The notes: generated from the letters alone by a model not told the origin. Numbered from the stretch's first letter, positions 28,855 through 39,931 are shown. The stretch: DNA of 64,000 nucleotides from Hyphomicrobiales bacterium (GCA_046349175.1 JAXMCS010000004.1:43017-107016), one strand, 5' to 3'. A program made the numbers and translations.

Positions 28855-29601
28855 TCAGCTCGCCGCCGCCGTTGGCCCGAAGGCCGCCTTCAAATCCGCT
28901 TCAGCGGCATTGAGCAGCGTCTGCATGGCGGAAGCCGCCGCCTTGGCATCACCCTTGGACACGAGGTTGAAAATGCGCAGATGCGATTCATAGGAATCGA
29001 TCAGGCTGTGGCCGCGAAGCTTCTGGCCGCGGCGGCTGGCTGAGAAAGCCTCCACCAATGGTGCCATCATGCCTTCAAACAAATAGATCAGCACGCGGTT
29101 GCCACCGGCCAGGGCAAGCGCCTCGTGAAAGCCCACATCGGCGCGGTGGAAGCGCATCTCTTCTTTGAGCGGATCGTCAGCCGCTTCATAGCCTTCGGCA
29201 ATCTCTTTCATTTGCGATAGGGCAACCCCAACCGCCACAAGGCCGGAGCGGCTGGCGCTCTTCGCGGCTAGGATCACCGACTGGATTTCGAGGCTGCGCC
29301 GCACCTCCACCAGATCAAACAGGCAGCGGGGATCAGACTTGATGAGCGAGGTAAGAAACTCGCCATAGGTCGAGCCATCGGGATGGCGCACCTCGGCCCG
29401 GCGACCACGTTGCACCTGGACAAGCCCCCGGCCCGCCAGAATTTTCAGGGCTTCGCGGATGGTGACGCGGCTCACCTCATGGGCCGCCGCCAGTGCCGCT
29501 TCACTTTCCAGCTGCTCGCCGGGCTGCATGCCCTGGATGATGCGCTGGGCAATGGCTTCGGCAACCTGGCTGGTGGCCACCTGTTTGCCGACTTTGCTCA
29601 T
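28855..29601 (-). CDS. GntR/FadR family regulator
   Basis: PGEQLESE..LA....VSRVTIREALK; DVGFHEAL...GNR. Confidence 0.92.
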   Translation of the reverse strand: MSKVGKQVATSQVAEAIAQRIIQGMQPGEQLESEAALAAAHEVSRVTIREALKILAGRGLVQVQRGRRAEVRHPDGSTYGEFLTSLIKSDPRCLFDLVEVRRSLEIQSVILAAKSASRSGLVAVGVALSQMKEIAEGYEAADDPLKEEMRFHRADVGFHEALALAGGNRVLIYLFEGMMAPLVEAFSASRRGQKLRGHSLIDSYESHLRIFNLVSKGDAKAAASAMQTLLNAAEADLKAAFGPTAAAS

Positions 29602-29616
29602 GGGGCCTGATGCTTC

Positions 29617-29633
29617 AACATATCATATATGTT
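29617..29633. promoter_or_regulatory. Candidate GntR operator
   Basis: AACATAT-CAT-ATATGTT palindrome in the divergent intergenic region; TTGACA at 29678. Confidence 0.55.
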
Positions 29634-29856
29634 TTCAATTTGGTCATGACGCCAACTCTATGGGGTTCACCATGCGTTTGACAATCGCTGCGTTATCCCA
29701 TTGAAATAATATGAGTTATTGCAACTGCGAAGATGTTTTCCGCGATTGCGAAATGGCGGGAGTCCAGCCGCTTTACGAAGTTATATGCTTTCTTTAATGT
29801 TTTCGGAACGCACGCACAGTCATGAAAAAGAGGCGCAGCGTTTGGGAGGACTTCAC

Positions 29857-30867
29857 ATGAAATCAGTCTTGAAAATTTCGCTTGTTGCAGCCACGGCAGC
29901 GCTGGCTTTCAACGCTTTTACCGGCGTTGCCATGGCCACGGACCCCGTCGCCAAATGGTGCTCGGGCGTGAAGATCGCGGCCTTCCCCGGCGGCCCGCAG
30001 GGCGGTGTTTTCGCCAACAACGTCTACAATGGCTTCAAGCAGGCCGAGTTGGATCTGGGCCCGGAGGTCACCTACTATTTCTCGGACTGGGATCCGAACA
30101 AGATGCTGCAGCAGATCCAGCAGGCTGTGGCCACCAAGGTGGACGGCATCGCCACCTACGGCTTTGCCGGTGAAGCCGCCACGGGGCCCATGGTTGAACA
30201 GGCCTTCAAGCAGGGAACCATCTTCACCACACTGAACACCTCACTTCCTGACTCGCAGAAGAAATACTCGGCCAGCGGTTTTGGCTATGTCGGCGCGCCG
30301 AACTATGCGGCTGGCTTTGCCCTTGGCGCGGAAGCCGCCAAACGCGCCAATCTCGCCAGCGGCGACTCGGTTTTCGTCTGGGGCCTGAAGGGCCAGGGCG
30401 GTGACCGTGGCCAGCGCACGGTGGGCGTGATTGACGCCTTCACCAAGGCCGGCGCCAACGTGATCTATCAGGAGATCGACGCCGCCACTAACGCCGACCC
30501 GAATGCCGGTACGGCGACCTTTGTGGGCGTGATGAAGGCCAACCCCGGCATCAAGATCGTGGTGACGGATCACGGCGGCCTCACCTCCAACGTCGGTGTC
30601 TATGCCCAGGCCGCCTCGCTGAAGCCGGGCCAGGTCTATTTCGCGGGTTTTGACATGTCGCCCAACACGGCCAAGGCAGTGAAGGATGGCTTCCAGAACC
30701 TCGTCATCGACCAGCAGCCCTTCCTGCAGGGCTATCTGCCGATCCTCAACATCTGCCTGACCAAGAAGTACGGCTTCGCCGGCCTCGATGTGAACACCGC
30801 GGGTGCCTTTGTGGACAGCACGAACGTTGACGCCGTTGCGCCTCTGGCCGCAGTGGAAATCCGTTAA
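29857..30867 (+). CDS. Sugar ABC transporter substrate-binding protein
   Basis: GGAGG RBS, signal peptide, AGFDMS, DQQPFLQGY. Confidence 0.9.
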   Translation: MKSVLKISLVAATAALAFNAFTGVAMATDPVAKWCSGVKIAAFPGGPQGGVFANNVYNGFKQAELDLGPEVTYYFSDWDPNKMLQQIQQAVATKVDGIATYGFAGEAATGPMVEQAFKQGTIFTTLNTSLPDSQKKYSASGFGYVGAPNYAAGFALGAEAAKRANLASGDSVFVWGLKGQGGDRGQRTVGVIDAFTKAGANVIYQEIDAATNADPNAGTATFVGVMKANPGIKIVVTDHGGLTSNVGVYAQAASLKPGQVYFAGFDMSPNTAKAVKDGFQNLVIDQQPFLQGYLPILNICLTKKYGFAGLDVNTAGAFVDSTNVDAVAPLAAVEIR

Positions 30868-30882
30868 GCGAACCGGAACAGC

Positions 30883-30917
30883 ATGCGGGGTGCCTCACAG
30901 GGCTCCCCGCATTTTTT
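30883..30917 (+). terminator. Hairpin/terminator after SBP gene
   Basis: ATGCGGGG...CCCCGCAT followed by a T-run. Confidence 0.65.
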
Positions 30918-30977
30918 CTGCCCGCGAGATTGGGCGGCGCAACCCTGCCGCCCGCATTTTCTGGTGAAACAGGTCCC

Positions 30978-31829
30978 ATGGCCAAAACATCCAAATCCGC
31001 CGCGGCGCGAAAGCCTGCGGACCACACCGCCGCCAGCGCCGCACCGCCACGGGCCGCAGTGGATCAGAACGCCAAGCCCGTGATCGAGTTGCGCAATGTC
31101 TCCAAGACATTCGGCGAAGTGCGCTCGCTGTCGGGCGTGAACTTCAAGGTCTATCCCGGCGAGATCGTGGGCCTTCTGGGCGACAATGGCGCCGGCAAGT
31201 CAACGCTGGTGAAAACCGTCATGGGTTTCCACCGCCCGGATAGCGGCGGCGAAATCTTTTTCAAAGGCGAACGCATTGATGACTGGTCCGTGGCCCGGGC
31301 CCGGTCGCTTGGCATTGAAACAGTCTATCAGGAGCGCGCCCTGTCGGAGAAGCAGCCGATCTGGCGCAACATGTTCATGGGCCGTGAGCCTGTGACCAAA
31401 TGGGGCCTGCTGGATGTCAAGCGTATGCGCGAGGAATCTGCCCGGCTGATGAACGAGCACATGGGCTTCACCTCGGCTGCCGTTCATCCGGACAATGTGG
31501 TCACCACCATGTCGGGTGGCGAAAAGCAGGGCGTGGCCATCACCCGGGCGCTCTACTTCGATGCGGAACTGGTGATCCTCGACGAGCCCACCATGGGCCT
31601 GTCGCTGACCGAGACCAAGAAGACGCTCGAATTTGTCGAGGGCATCAAGAAGGCCGGCAAGTCGGCCATCTTCATCGACCACAACATCTTCCACGTCTAT
31701 CCGGTGGTTGACCGCCTCTATGTGCTCGACCGCGGCAAGGTGGCGGGCGTCTATGACAAGACGCAGATCACCATGAATGAACTGATCGACCGGCTCTACC
31801 GCGTCGCCAGAACGGGCTCGCTGGAGTGA
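30978..31829 (+). CDS. Sugar ABC transporter ATPase
   Basis: GDNGAGKST, MSGGEKQ, ILDEPT, DHN. Confidence 0.92.
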   Translation: MAKTSKSAAARKPADHTAASAAPPRAAVDQNAKPVIELRNVSKTFGEVRSLSGVNFKVYPGEIVGLLGDNGAGKSTLVKTVMGFHRPDSGGEIFFKGERIDDWSVARARSLGIETVYQERALSEKQPIWRNMFMGREPVTKWGLLDVKRMREESARLMNEHMGFTSAAVHPDNVVTTMSGGEKQGVAITRALYFDAELVILDEPTMGLSLTETKKTLEFVEGIKKAGKSAIFIDHNIFHVYPVVDRLYVLDRGKVAGVYDKTQITMNELIDRLYRVARTGSLE

Positions 31830-31836
31830 GGGCAAC

Positions 31837-32865
31837 ATGAGCACTGAAACAAAACCTTCGACCGCCAAGCCCGCCAACAACCGGGTGGCTCCGCCCTCCC
31901 TGTTGCGCCGCTATGGCTCGCAGCTGGGCATCATCGGCGTGGGCCTGGCCATGTGGCTGGGCTTTGTGGCCGCAGCACCCAGCGTCTTCACCAACATCGA
32001 CATCTATCTGGCCTTTGCGCAGACCACGCCGCAATTCGGCATCATCGCGCTCGCCCTCACCTTTGTGGTGATCGCCGCGGAAATCGACCTGTCGTTCCCC
32101 TCCATCATGGCACTCGGCACGGCCATCTTCTGCCTTCTGGCCAAACAGGGCGTGCCCTAGCCGATTGCCCTGGTGGGGGCGCTGGCCACGGGTGCGGTCT
32201 GCGGCTGGATCAATGGCACGCTGGTGGCGCGCCTCAACATTCCCTCGCTGGTCATCACCATCGGCACATCCTTCCTGTTCCGCGGGCTTGAGCTGGTGCT
32301 GATGAACGGAACGGGCGTGCCTCTGACGGCCGATCAATATCCCGCACTTCACGCGCTGTTCCGCGAGCCGCTGCTTGGCATTCCGATCCAGACCCTGTGG
32401 ATGATCCTGATCGGTGCGGTGCTGTGGATCCTCCTCAACCGCACACGCTTTGGCGCGCACATCTTCCTCGTGGGTGACAATCCCACCAGCGCCCGGCTGA
32501 TGGGTGTCAATGTGGTGCGCACCAAAACCCGCGCCTTCATGCTGGTGGGCGTGGTGGCTGTGGTCGCCGGCATCATGACATCGATCTACGGTTATTACTT
32601 CTGGCCCACCACCGGTGATGGCTTCCTGCTCAACACCATTGCCTCGGTGTTCCTCGGCGGCACCTCGGTGTTTGGTGGCACGGGCTCGCTGATCGGCTCG
32701 TTTGTGGCCTCCTACATTATCGGGGCCATCAATGCCGGCATTGTCTCGGCGGGCATCAATGCCTTCTATACCCAGTTGTGCTTTGGCCTGGTGATTGTCA
32801 TCTCCGTGGTGCTGCAAACCATCATCGAGCGCAAGATCAGGCGGCAGTCGGTGACCGGGCGCTGA
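31837..32865 (+). pseudogene. Sugar ABC permease with an in-frame TAG at 32158-32160
   Basis: Both ORF halves are in the same frame: ...QGVP*PIALVGAL...; EIDLSF, IPSLVITIG, VFLGGTSVFGG motifs span the stop. Confidence 0.85.
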
Positions 32866-32868
32866 GCC

Positions 32869-34032
32869 ATGAAGATCACCGCTGTCAAAACCCTGGTGGT
32901 GAACGCCCGCCTGCGCAACTGGATCTTCGTGCGCGTGGAAACCGACCAGCCCGGCCTCTATGGCACGGGCGAGGCCACGCTGGAGTTCCAGACCCGGGCC
33001 GTGGTGGGCGCGGTGGATGATCTGGCGCTGCTCATCAAGGGCCTCGACCCGCGCGACATCGAGCATGCCTGGCAGGTCATGTTCCGCCATCCCTTCTTCA
33101 AGGGCGGGATTGTCACCATGTCGGCACTCTCCGGCATCGACCAGGCCTTGCATGACATCAAGGCCAAGGCGCTGAACATTCCGCTGTGGCAATTGCTGGG
33201 CGGCAAGGCGCGTAGCCGCCTGCGCATGTATGACCATCTGGGCGGCGGCGACAGCACCGCCGTTTACAACAGCGCCGCAGCGGCAAGCTTCGCGGAGAAG
33301 GCGGCGCGCTCAAAGGCTGATGGCTTCAGTGCGGTCAAGATTCTGGCCGTGGGCAAGACCGCGCCGCTGGACGGCCTGGCGGCCCTCAAAGAAGCTGAAA
33401 GTCTGATGGCCGCGGCCCGCGAAGGGGCCGGCGATGACATGGACATCATGGTGGACCTGCATGGCCGCACCACCGCGGCCATGGCCATACAGTATGCCAA
33501 GGTGCTGGAACCCTACCGCCCCTTCTTCATTGAGGAGCCCTGCCAGCCGGAGGATTGGGAGGGCACGGCCCGCACCGCCAAGTCCACTCACGTTCCAATT
33601 GCCGCCGGTGAGCGCCTCGTGCACCGCCGGGAGTTCCTGCCCTTCCTGCAATCCGGTGCGATTGCCGTGGCCCAGCCCGATGTCTGCCATGCCGGAGGCC
33701 TCACCGAAGTGCGCCGCATCGCCGCCCTGTGCGATACGTTTGGCGTCTCCATGGCCCCGCACAATCCGCTGGGGCCCATTGCCACCATGGTCAACATCCA
33801 TCTTGGCTTTGCCACGCCCAATTTTTTGATCCAGGAAGTGATGCGGTCTGACGTTCCATGGCGCGATGACATCGTGAAGGGTGTCACCCCCATTGTGAAA
33901 GGCTATGTGGAGCCAAGCCTGGCCCCCGGCATTGGCGTGGAGATTGATTTCGAAAAGGCTCGACAACATCCCTTTGAAGAGGTGAGCCCCATCCAATGGT
34001 ATCACCACGACGGCAGCGTGGCGGATTGGTGA
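32869..34032 (+). CDS. Galactonate dehydratase-like enolase-superfamily enzyme
   Basis: GEATLE, SGIDQALHD, VDLHGR, FIEEP, GERL, QPD, APHNPLGP, DGSVADW. Confidence 0.88.
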   Translation: MKITAVKTLVVNARLRNWIFVRVETDQPGLYGTGEATLEFQTRAVVGAVDDLALLIKGLDPRDIEHAWQVMFRHPFFKGGIVTMSALSGIDQALHDIKAKALNIPLWQLLGGKARSRLRMYDHLGGGDSTAVYNSAAAASFAEKAARSKADGFSAVKILAVGKTAPLDGLAALKEAESLMAAAREGAGDDMDIMVDLHGRTTAAMAIQYAKVLEPYRPFFIEEPCQPEDWEGTARTAKSTHVPIAAGERLVHRREFLPFLQSGAIAVAQPDVCHAGGLTEVRRIAALCDTFGVSMAPHNPLGPIATMVNIHLGFATPNFLIQEVMRSDVPWRDDIVKGVTPIVKGYVEPSLAPGIGVEIDFEKARQHPFEEVSPIQWYHHDGSVADW

Positions 34033-34766
34033 TGGGCAAGCTTGCGGGACAGCACATCTTCGTCACCGGTGGCGCGCAGGGCATTGGCGCGGCCACGGTG
34101 GAGAAATGCCTCGCAGAAGGTGCGCGGGTCAGCACCATGGATCTGAAGGCGGCAGCGCCGGGCGCTGCCTTCTCAGTCCAGGGCAATGTCTGCAATGCCG
34201 AGGACGTGGCGCGCGCCCATGCCATGGCCCGGGAAAAATTCGGGCCTGTCACCGGCCTCGTCAACAATGCCGGGCGCAACTCCTATGCCGATCCCGTGAA
34301 GATGACCGAAGCGGAGTGGGACGATGTCTTTGCCGTGGACCTCAAGGCCGCCTGGCTGCTGGCGCGTCAAATCCTGCCGGACATGATCGCGGCCCGGCGC
34401 GGCAGCATTGTCAACATTGCTTCTGTCCATGCCGACATGACTTATCCCGGCTTCTTTCCCTATGCGGCGGCCAAGTCGGGCCTTGTGGGCCTCACCCGCT
34501 CGCTGGCCCTGGAGGTGGGGCCACATCAGGTGCGCGTCAACGCCCTGTCGCCCGGCTACACCGAAACAGCATTGGTCACGGAGTTCTTCGCGCGGAATGA
34601 TCCCAGCATCCGGCAGAAAGTGTTGGATGTGCACCCCATGGGGCGCATGGCCAAGCCCGCCGAGATTGCCAATTGCATTTGCTTCCTTCTATCGGATGAA
34701 GCGTCCTTCGTCACGGGCGCAAACTGGCGTGTGGATGGCGGGTTGACCGCACGCTTCGCCGGCTGA
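34032..34766 (+). CDS. SDR oxidoreductase (sugar dehydrogenase-like)
   Basis: TGGAQGIG, NNAG, PYAAAK, VDGG. Confidence 0.9.
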   Translation: MGKLAGQHIFVTGGAQGIGAATVEKCLAEGARVSTMDLKAAAPGAAFSVQGNVCNAEDVARAHAMAREKFGPVTGLVNNAGRNSYADPVKMTEAEWDDVFAVDLKAAWLLARQILPDMIAARRGSIVNIASVHADMTYPGFFPYAAAKSGLVGLTRSLALEVGPHQVRVNALSPGYTETALVTEFFARNDPSIRQKVLDVHPMGRMAKPAEIANCICFLLSDEASFVTGANWRVDGGLTARFAG

Positions 34767-34832
34767 CGGCACTCCACTTGGCAAGCAGTCCGTCGACAAT
34801 TACCTTTCCCGCCACCGCCCATGGAACAGGCC

Positions 34833-35852
34833 ATGACGCAATTCCACCCGGACCTTGATGCCGCGATCCCCGCCTTTCTGCGGGAGGCTGGCCTTGTGCA
34901 CGGCGATGATTTTACAGCGGTGCCGCTGACGGGTGGCGTGGCTTCCGACATCTGGAAGATTGAAACGCGGGGCAGGGTCTTCGTGGTGAAGAAGGCACTC
35001 GCCCGCCTGCGCGTGGCGCAAGTGTGGGAAGTGCCGGTCAACCGCAATGCCAGTGAAGTGGCCTGGCTTCAGGAAGCGGCAAAGGTGGCCCCGCAAGCCG
35101 TGCCCCGCATTCTGGCCCATGATGCCGGGCGCGGCGTTTTCGCCATGGACTATCTAGCACCGCAAGAGCATCCCGTGTGGAAATCAGAACTGGCGGCGGG
35201 CCGCGCTGATCCGCAGTTTGCTGCCACGCTCGGGGCCACGCTCGCCAGCATTCATGCTGCAACGGCAGGGGATGATGCGGCGGCGCAGCGCTTTGCCAAT
35301 GACGGAAATTTCCATGCCATCCGGCTTGAACCCTATATCGAGGCCGTGGCCCGGCGCCATGTTGATCTGGCGGAACCGCTGCTCACCCTGGTGCAGCGGA
35401 CTCTCTCAACCAAATTGGCATTGGTTCATGGCGATGTCAGCCCCAAGAACATTCTGGCGGGTCCGGCAGGACCGGTTTTTCTTGATGCGGAATGCGCCTG
35501 GTATGGCGACCCGGCCTTTGATCTGGCCTTCTGTCTCAATCACCTCCTGCTCAAGGCCCTGTGGAAGCCGCAGTTCACGGATGCCTATGCCGCTTGCTGT
35601 GCGGCACTGTCGCAAACCTATTTCAACGGCGTGACCTGGGAAGAACCTGCGGCCTGTGAGGCCCGCGTCGCCACGCTGCTGCCCGCCTTGCTGCTGGCGC
35701 GGGTGGATGGCAAGTCTCCTGTGGAATATCTCACGGCAGAGCGGCAGCGGGATTATGTGCGCACCACCGCATGCGCCATGATCGCTGAGCCGCGGCAAAG
35801 AATATCGGAAGTGAGCGGGATTTGGATGAAGGGTGTGGGGAACCATGGCTGA
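34833..35852 (+). CDS. APH/methylthioribose-kinase-like phosphotransferase
   Basis: LTGGVASD, VVKKA, LVHGDVSPKN, LDAECAWYGDPAFD. Confidence 0.85.
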   Translation: MTQFHPDLDAAIPAFLREAGLVHGDDFTAVPLTGGVASDIWKIETRGRVFVVKKALARLRVAQVWEVPVNRNASEVAWLQEAAKVAPQAVPRILAHDAGRGVFAMDYLAPQEHPVWKSELAAGRADPQFAATLGATLASIHAATAGDDAAAQRFANDGNFHAIRLEPYIEAVARRHVDLAEPLLTLVQRTLSTKLALVHGDVSPKNILAGPAGPVFLDAECAWYGDPAFDLAFCLNHLLLKALWKPQFTDAYAACCAALSQTYFNGVTWEEPAACEARVATLLPALLLARVDGKSPVEYLTAERQRDYVRTTACAMIAEPRQRISEVSGIWMKGVGNHG

Positions 35853-37131
35853 TACGGCAATCACGGCTGTTCACGGGCGGCGTGTATGGGACTCGCGCGG
35901 GCGGCCCACGGTGGAGGTGGACGTGACATTGGCCTGCGGCGCGCAGGGCCGGGCCATTGCGCCAGCCGGTGCCTCAACAGGCAGCGGCGAAGCTGTGGAC
36001 CTGCGCGACGGCGGCACGGACTTTGGCGGATTGGATGTCACCCGCGCTGTGGCCCACGTGAATGGCGAGATTGCCGCGGCACTCAAGGGCCTGGATGCGG
36101 CAGACCAGCAGCAGGTGGATGAGGCGCTGATCGCGCTGGATGGCACCCCCAACAAAAGCCGGCTCGGTGGCAATGCGCTGGTGGCAACCTCCATGGCGGC
36201 ACTGCAGGCCAGCGCCGCCGCGGCGGGCCTGCCGTTGTGGCGGTATGTGTCGGCAGGCCGCGCCGTGCGCATGCCCTTGCCGGAAATCCAGATCTTCGGA
36301 GGCGGCGCCCATGCGGCGCGGCGGGTGGATGTGCAGGACTTCATGATCATGGCTCCCGCCGCAACATCCTTTGCCCAGGCTCTCGACTGGACCGCCGAGG
36401 TCTATCGCGCCGCAGGGGCCCTGATGAAGGAGGCGGGCCGCCTGCAGGGTGTCGCCGATGAAGGCGGCTATTGGCCCACCTTCAAATCCAATGAAGAGGC
36501 CTTGGACACGCTGATGGACGCAATCCGCAAGGCGGGCTTCAGGCCGGGAGCGGACATTGCCATTTCACTCGACATTGCCGCATCGGAATTCGGCAGAAAC
36601 GGCACCTACTCGCTGGCGCTCGAAGGCCGCAAACTGTCAACCGCCGGCATGATCGACATGCTCGGCCAGTGGCTCAAGACCTATCCCATTGTCTCAATCG
36701 AGGACCCGTTGGCGGAGGACGATGCCGAAGGCTTTGCCGCCTTCACCAAGGCCCATGGCAGAACATGCCAAGTGATCGGCGATGATTTCTTTGTCACCAA
36801 TGCAGCGCGCGTGCGGGCGGGCATCGCGGCGGGCTCGGCAACGGCGGTGCTGATCAAGCTCAATCAGGCAGGCACTGTCAGCGAAACCCGGGCCGCCTTT
36901 GAGGCCGCCCGCGAGGCAGGCCTCGGCACCATCGTCTCGGCCCGGTCCGGCGAAACGGAGGATGTCACCATTGCCCATCTCGCCGTGGGCTGGGATGCCG
37001 GACAGTTCAAGGTCGGTTCCTTCTCCCGCTCCGAACGCATGGTGAAGTGGAACGAATGCCTGCGCATCGAGGAAGAGCAGGGGCGTGCCACACGCTTTGC
37101 CGGCGCTGCCGCACTGGCCTTCAGCAAATAG
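35845..37131 (+). CDS. eno: Divergent enolase paralogue
   Basis: DSRGRPTVEV, GASTG, DEGG, SIEDP, GDD, IKLNQ, RSGETED; but QDF instead of QEF and SAR instead of SHR. Confidence 0.85.
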   Translation: MADTAITAVHGRRVWDSRGRPTVEVDVTLACGAQGRAIAPAGASTGSGEAVDLRDGGTDFGGLDVTRAVAHVNGEIAAALKGLDAADQQQVDEALIALDGTPNKSRLGGNALVATSMAALQASAAAAGLPLWRYVSAGRAVRMPLPEIQIFGGGAHAARRVDVQDFMIMAPAATSFAQALDWTAEVYRAAGALMKEAGRLQGVADEGGYWPTFKSNEEALDTLMDAIRKAGFRPGADIAISLDIAASEFGRNGTYSLALEGRKLSTAGMIDMLGQWLKTYPIVSIEDPLAEDDAEGFAAFTKAHGRTCQVIGDDFFVTNAARVRAGIAAGSATAVLIKLNQAGTVSETRAAFEAAREAGLGTIVSARSGETEDVTIAHLAVGWDAGQFKVGSFSRSERMVKWNECLRIEEEQGRATRFAGAAALAFSK

Positions 37132-37135
37132 CCGC

Positions 37136-37828
37136 CTACATCACGCCAAAGCGCGCGAAGGCTTCCACCGTGCTCATGCCGCCTTCGATCGCCACACGCA
37201 CCTTGTTCTCCGTGGAAACTTTCTCCAGGGCCCGCGCAATGGCCTCTTCTTCCGCTTCCCTGGGGATCACCAGCACGCCATCGCGGTCGCCGAACATGAT
37301 GTCGCCGGGCCGCACGGATACGCCCGAGATTTCGATGGGCAGGCCATAATCCACCACCTTGCCGCGCGGTGCCTGGTCCTGCGCATAGCTGCCGAAACTG
37401 AAGGTCGGAAAGTTGAGCGCGAGAATGCCGGCTGAGTCGCGGCAGTAACCATTACACACCGCCCCTGCCGCCTTCAGGTGAAGGGCGCGGGTGGACATGA
37501 GTTCACCCCACAGGGCGTAGCGCGGTGATGAGCCGCTGGCCACATAGACCTCATGCGGTTTCAAACTGTCGAGGGCCTCGAACATCAGGCCGAAGGGCTT
37601 GGCCGAGAGTGGGTTGTGCCCCGCAGGCTCGGCGGTGCGCACGAAATCGGTTTCAAGAACCGGCATGGCCCGGCCGATCACCACCATGTCCTCGCGCAGT
37701 GCCTTGATGGCGGGCGGCAGGAACTGGTTGAGAAAGCCCATCGCATCAAGCACGTCGCCCACCACGGCCGTGAACAGCTCGCGCCGCATGGCCGCGAATT
37801 TCTCCGTGTCGTCTGCAAATTTTGCCAT
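37136..37828 (-). CDS. RraA / HMG-aldolase family protein
   Basis: TAVVGDVLD, ALWGELMS, G..RD, PGDIMFGDRDGV. Confidence 0.88.
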   Translation of the reverse strand: MAKFADDTEKFAAMRRELFTAVVGDVLDAMGFLNQFLPPAIKALREDMVVIGRAMPVLETDFVRTAEPAGHNPLSAKPFGLMFEALDSLKPHEVYVASGSSPRYALWGELMSTRALHLKAAGAVCNGYCRDSAGILALNFPTFSFGSYAQDQAPRGKVVDYGLPIEISGVSVRPGDIMFGDRDGVLVIPREAEEEAIARALEKVSTENKVRVAIEGGMSTVEAFARFGVM

Positions 37829-37843
37829 GTCCATTCCCCGTTT

Positions 37844-39025
37844 TCAGTGCTGCGTCAGCGCAATGCCATGCATCACGCCGCGGATTTCTGCCAGACCCTT
37901 CAACCGGCCGATCAGGGAATAGCCGGGATTGATCTTGGTCTTGCCAATGTCATCGGCCAGCAAATGGCCATGGTCCGGCCGCAGGGGAATGCGCCAGTCC
38001 TTGCGCCCCTCGCGCTGCCGCCGCGCCTGTTCCTGCATCAGGGCCATGATCACCCGCGGCATGTCGGTGGAACCGCCCAGGTGATCAGCCTCATGGAAGG
38101 AGCCATCCGCCTCGCGTGTCACATTGCGCAGATGGGCGAAGTGGATGTGCGGTCCCAGTTCCCTCACCATGGCGGGCAGGTCATTCTCCGCCCGGGTGCC
38201 ATAGGAGCCGGTGCAGAAAGTAAGGCCGTTGGCAGGGCTTGGTGCAGCGGCAACGATGCGCCGCGCATCTTCCCGGCACGACACGATGCGCGGCAGGCCG
38301 AAGAGCGAGAAGGCCGGATCATCCGGATGGATGCAGAGTTGCGCGCCCACGTCCTCTGCCACGGGCACAATCTCGCGCAGGAAACTGGCGAGATGGCCGT
38401 GCAGGTCGTCGGGCGTCACGCCGGCATATTCCTTCAGCGCGAGGAGGAAGGAGGCCCGGTCATAGCGCCGCTCCTGCGCCGGAAGCCCTGCGATGAGATT
38501 GCGCTCAATGCGTTGCAGGTCTTCCCTTGGCATGGACTTGAAGCGCCGCTCCGCCGCAGCCACAGTCGCATCGGAATAATTGCTGGCGGCGTGCGGCCGC
38601 TTCAACTCAAAAATGTCATAGGCGGCGAACTCAATGGCATCGAAGCGCAGGGCATAGCCGCCGTTTGCCAGGGGATACATCAGGTCAGTGCGCGTCCAAT
38701 CCACAACTGGCATGAAGTTGTAGCAGATGGTCTTCACACCCGCCTTGGCCAGGCGGCGGATCGTGTCCTTGTAGCCCGCCACATAGGCCGCCCGCTCCTT
38801 GGTCGCGAGCTTGATCGAGTTGTGAACGGGAATGCTCTCAACGATGCGCCAAGAGAGGCCGGCCTCTTCGATAATGGCCTTGCGTTTCAGAATGGCCTCT
38901 TCCGGCCAGGGCCTGCCGTCGTAGATGTCGTGCAGGGCCGTGACGATGCCGGTGGCGCCGGCCTGACGGATATGGGCCAGGGGAACGGGGTCATCTGGCC
39001 CGTACCAGCGGAAACACTCCTCCAT
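37844..39025 (-). CDS. uxuA: Mannonate dehydratase
   Basis: [52 protein letters not shown]. Confidence 0.93.
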   Translation of the reverse strand: MEECFRWYGPDDPVPLAHIRQAGATGIVTALHDIYDGRPWPEEAILKRKAIIEEAGLSWRIVESIPVHNSIKLATKERAAYVAGYKDTIRRLAKAGVKTICYNFMPVVDWTRTDLMYPLANGGYALRFDAIEFAAYDIFELKRPHAASNYSDATVAAAERRFKSMPREDLQRIERNLIAGLPAQERRYDRASFLLALKEYAGVTPDDLHGHLASFLREIVPVAEDVGAQLCIHPDDPAFSLFGLPRIVSCREDARRIVAAAPSPANGLTFCTGSYGTRAENDLPAMVRELGPHIHFAHLRNVTREADGSFHEADHLGGSTDMPRVIMALMQEQARRQREGRKDWRIPLRPDHGHLLADDIGKTKINPGYSLIGRLKGLAEIRGVMHGIALTQH

Positions 39026-39047
39026 TAGCTGCATTCTTGCACCATTG

Positions 39048-39176
39048 TTTGTTGGACCAACTCAACGTCGTTTACCCGCCACCTGTGGAAAATCAATTGG
39101 ATTTCGCATCATTTCCCACGGTTTCGACGATGTAACGCAAAACTGATTGACAGCAGGTGAGTCGTGGTCCAACAAA
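39048..39176. promoter_or_regulatory. Pair of inverted GntR-type operator copies in a divergent promoter
   Basis: TTTGTTGGACCA (39048-39059) and TGGTCCAACAAA (39165-39176); TTGACA at 39147. Confidence 0.6.
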
Positions 39177-39199
39177 TAGGCGCTCAAAGAAGGTCCAGC

Positions 39200-39931
39200 A
39201 TGGTGCGAACGGTCGGCAGCGAGAATGAGACGGCTATGGCCCAGGTGCCCCGCATCTCCGCCGTGGACCGTCTGGTTGAACAGATCCGTGAGTTGATGAC
39301 CAACCGCGGCCTCCAGATCGGCGACCCGCTGCCCACCGAGCGCGAACTGGGCGAGATGCTGCAGGCTTCGCGCAACACCGTGCGTGAGGCGCTGGTGATC
39401 CTCCGGGCCTATGGGCTTGTCGAGACCAAGCCCAAGGTGGGCGCGGTGGTGGCGGCGGGCCATGGCGAGGCCATCAAACGACTTTTCGCCTTCCATCACG
39501 GCATCACGCCCGACACCTTCCGCGACCTGCAGGGCTTTCGCCGCATTGTTGAGCTTGGCGTATGTGAGCAGGTGATCCTCACCGCGACCGATGCCGATTT
39601 CGACGCACTGGACCAGGTGAACGACCGGTTGGTTACCGCCCGGGATGTGCCGGAGGCGGCGCAGGCGGACTATGACTTCCATGAGGCCATTATTGCGCTG
39701 GGCGGCAACCGCACCACCCTGGCCGCATATCGCTTGCTGAGCCCCGTCATCGTCGAGGTGATGCAGATCGGCAAGTCCGCGCGGCCTGTGCAGGCCGACA
39801 CCCATGCCGCCCACGCTGAAATCGTTGCCGCCCTGCGGGCGCGGGACCGTGTGGCCTATACCTATCTCCTGAGCCGGCATCTGGATTTCGGCCTGCGCTT
39901 TGTCACGGCGGCGGAGGAGAAGCGAAGCTGA
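39200..39931 (+). CDS. GntR/FadR family regulator (start may be 39236)
   Basis: GDPLPTERELGE....SRNTVREAL; DYDFH...GNR. Confidence 0.92.
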   Translation: MVRTVGSENETAMAQVPRISAVDRLVEQIRELMTNRGLQIGDPLPTERELGEMLQASRNTVREALVILRAYGLVETKPKVGAVVAAGHGEAIKRLFAFHHGITPDTFRDLQGFRRIVELGVCEQVILTATDADFDALDQVNDRLVTARDVPEAAQADYDFHEAIIALGGNRTTLAAYRLLSPVIVEVMQIGKSARPVQADTHAAHAEIVAALRARDRVAYTYLLSRHLDFGLRFVTAAEEKRS

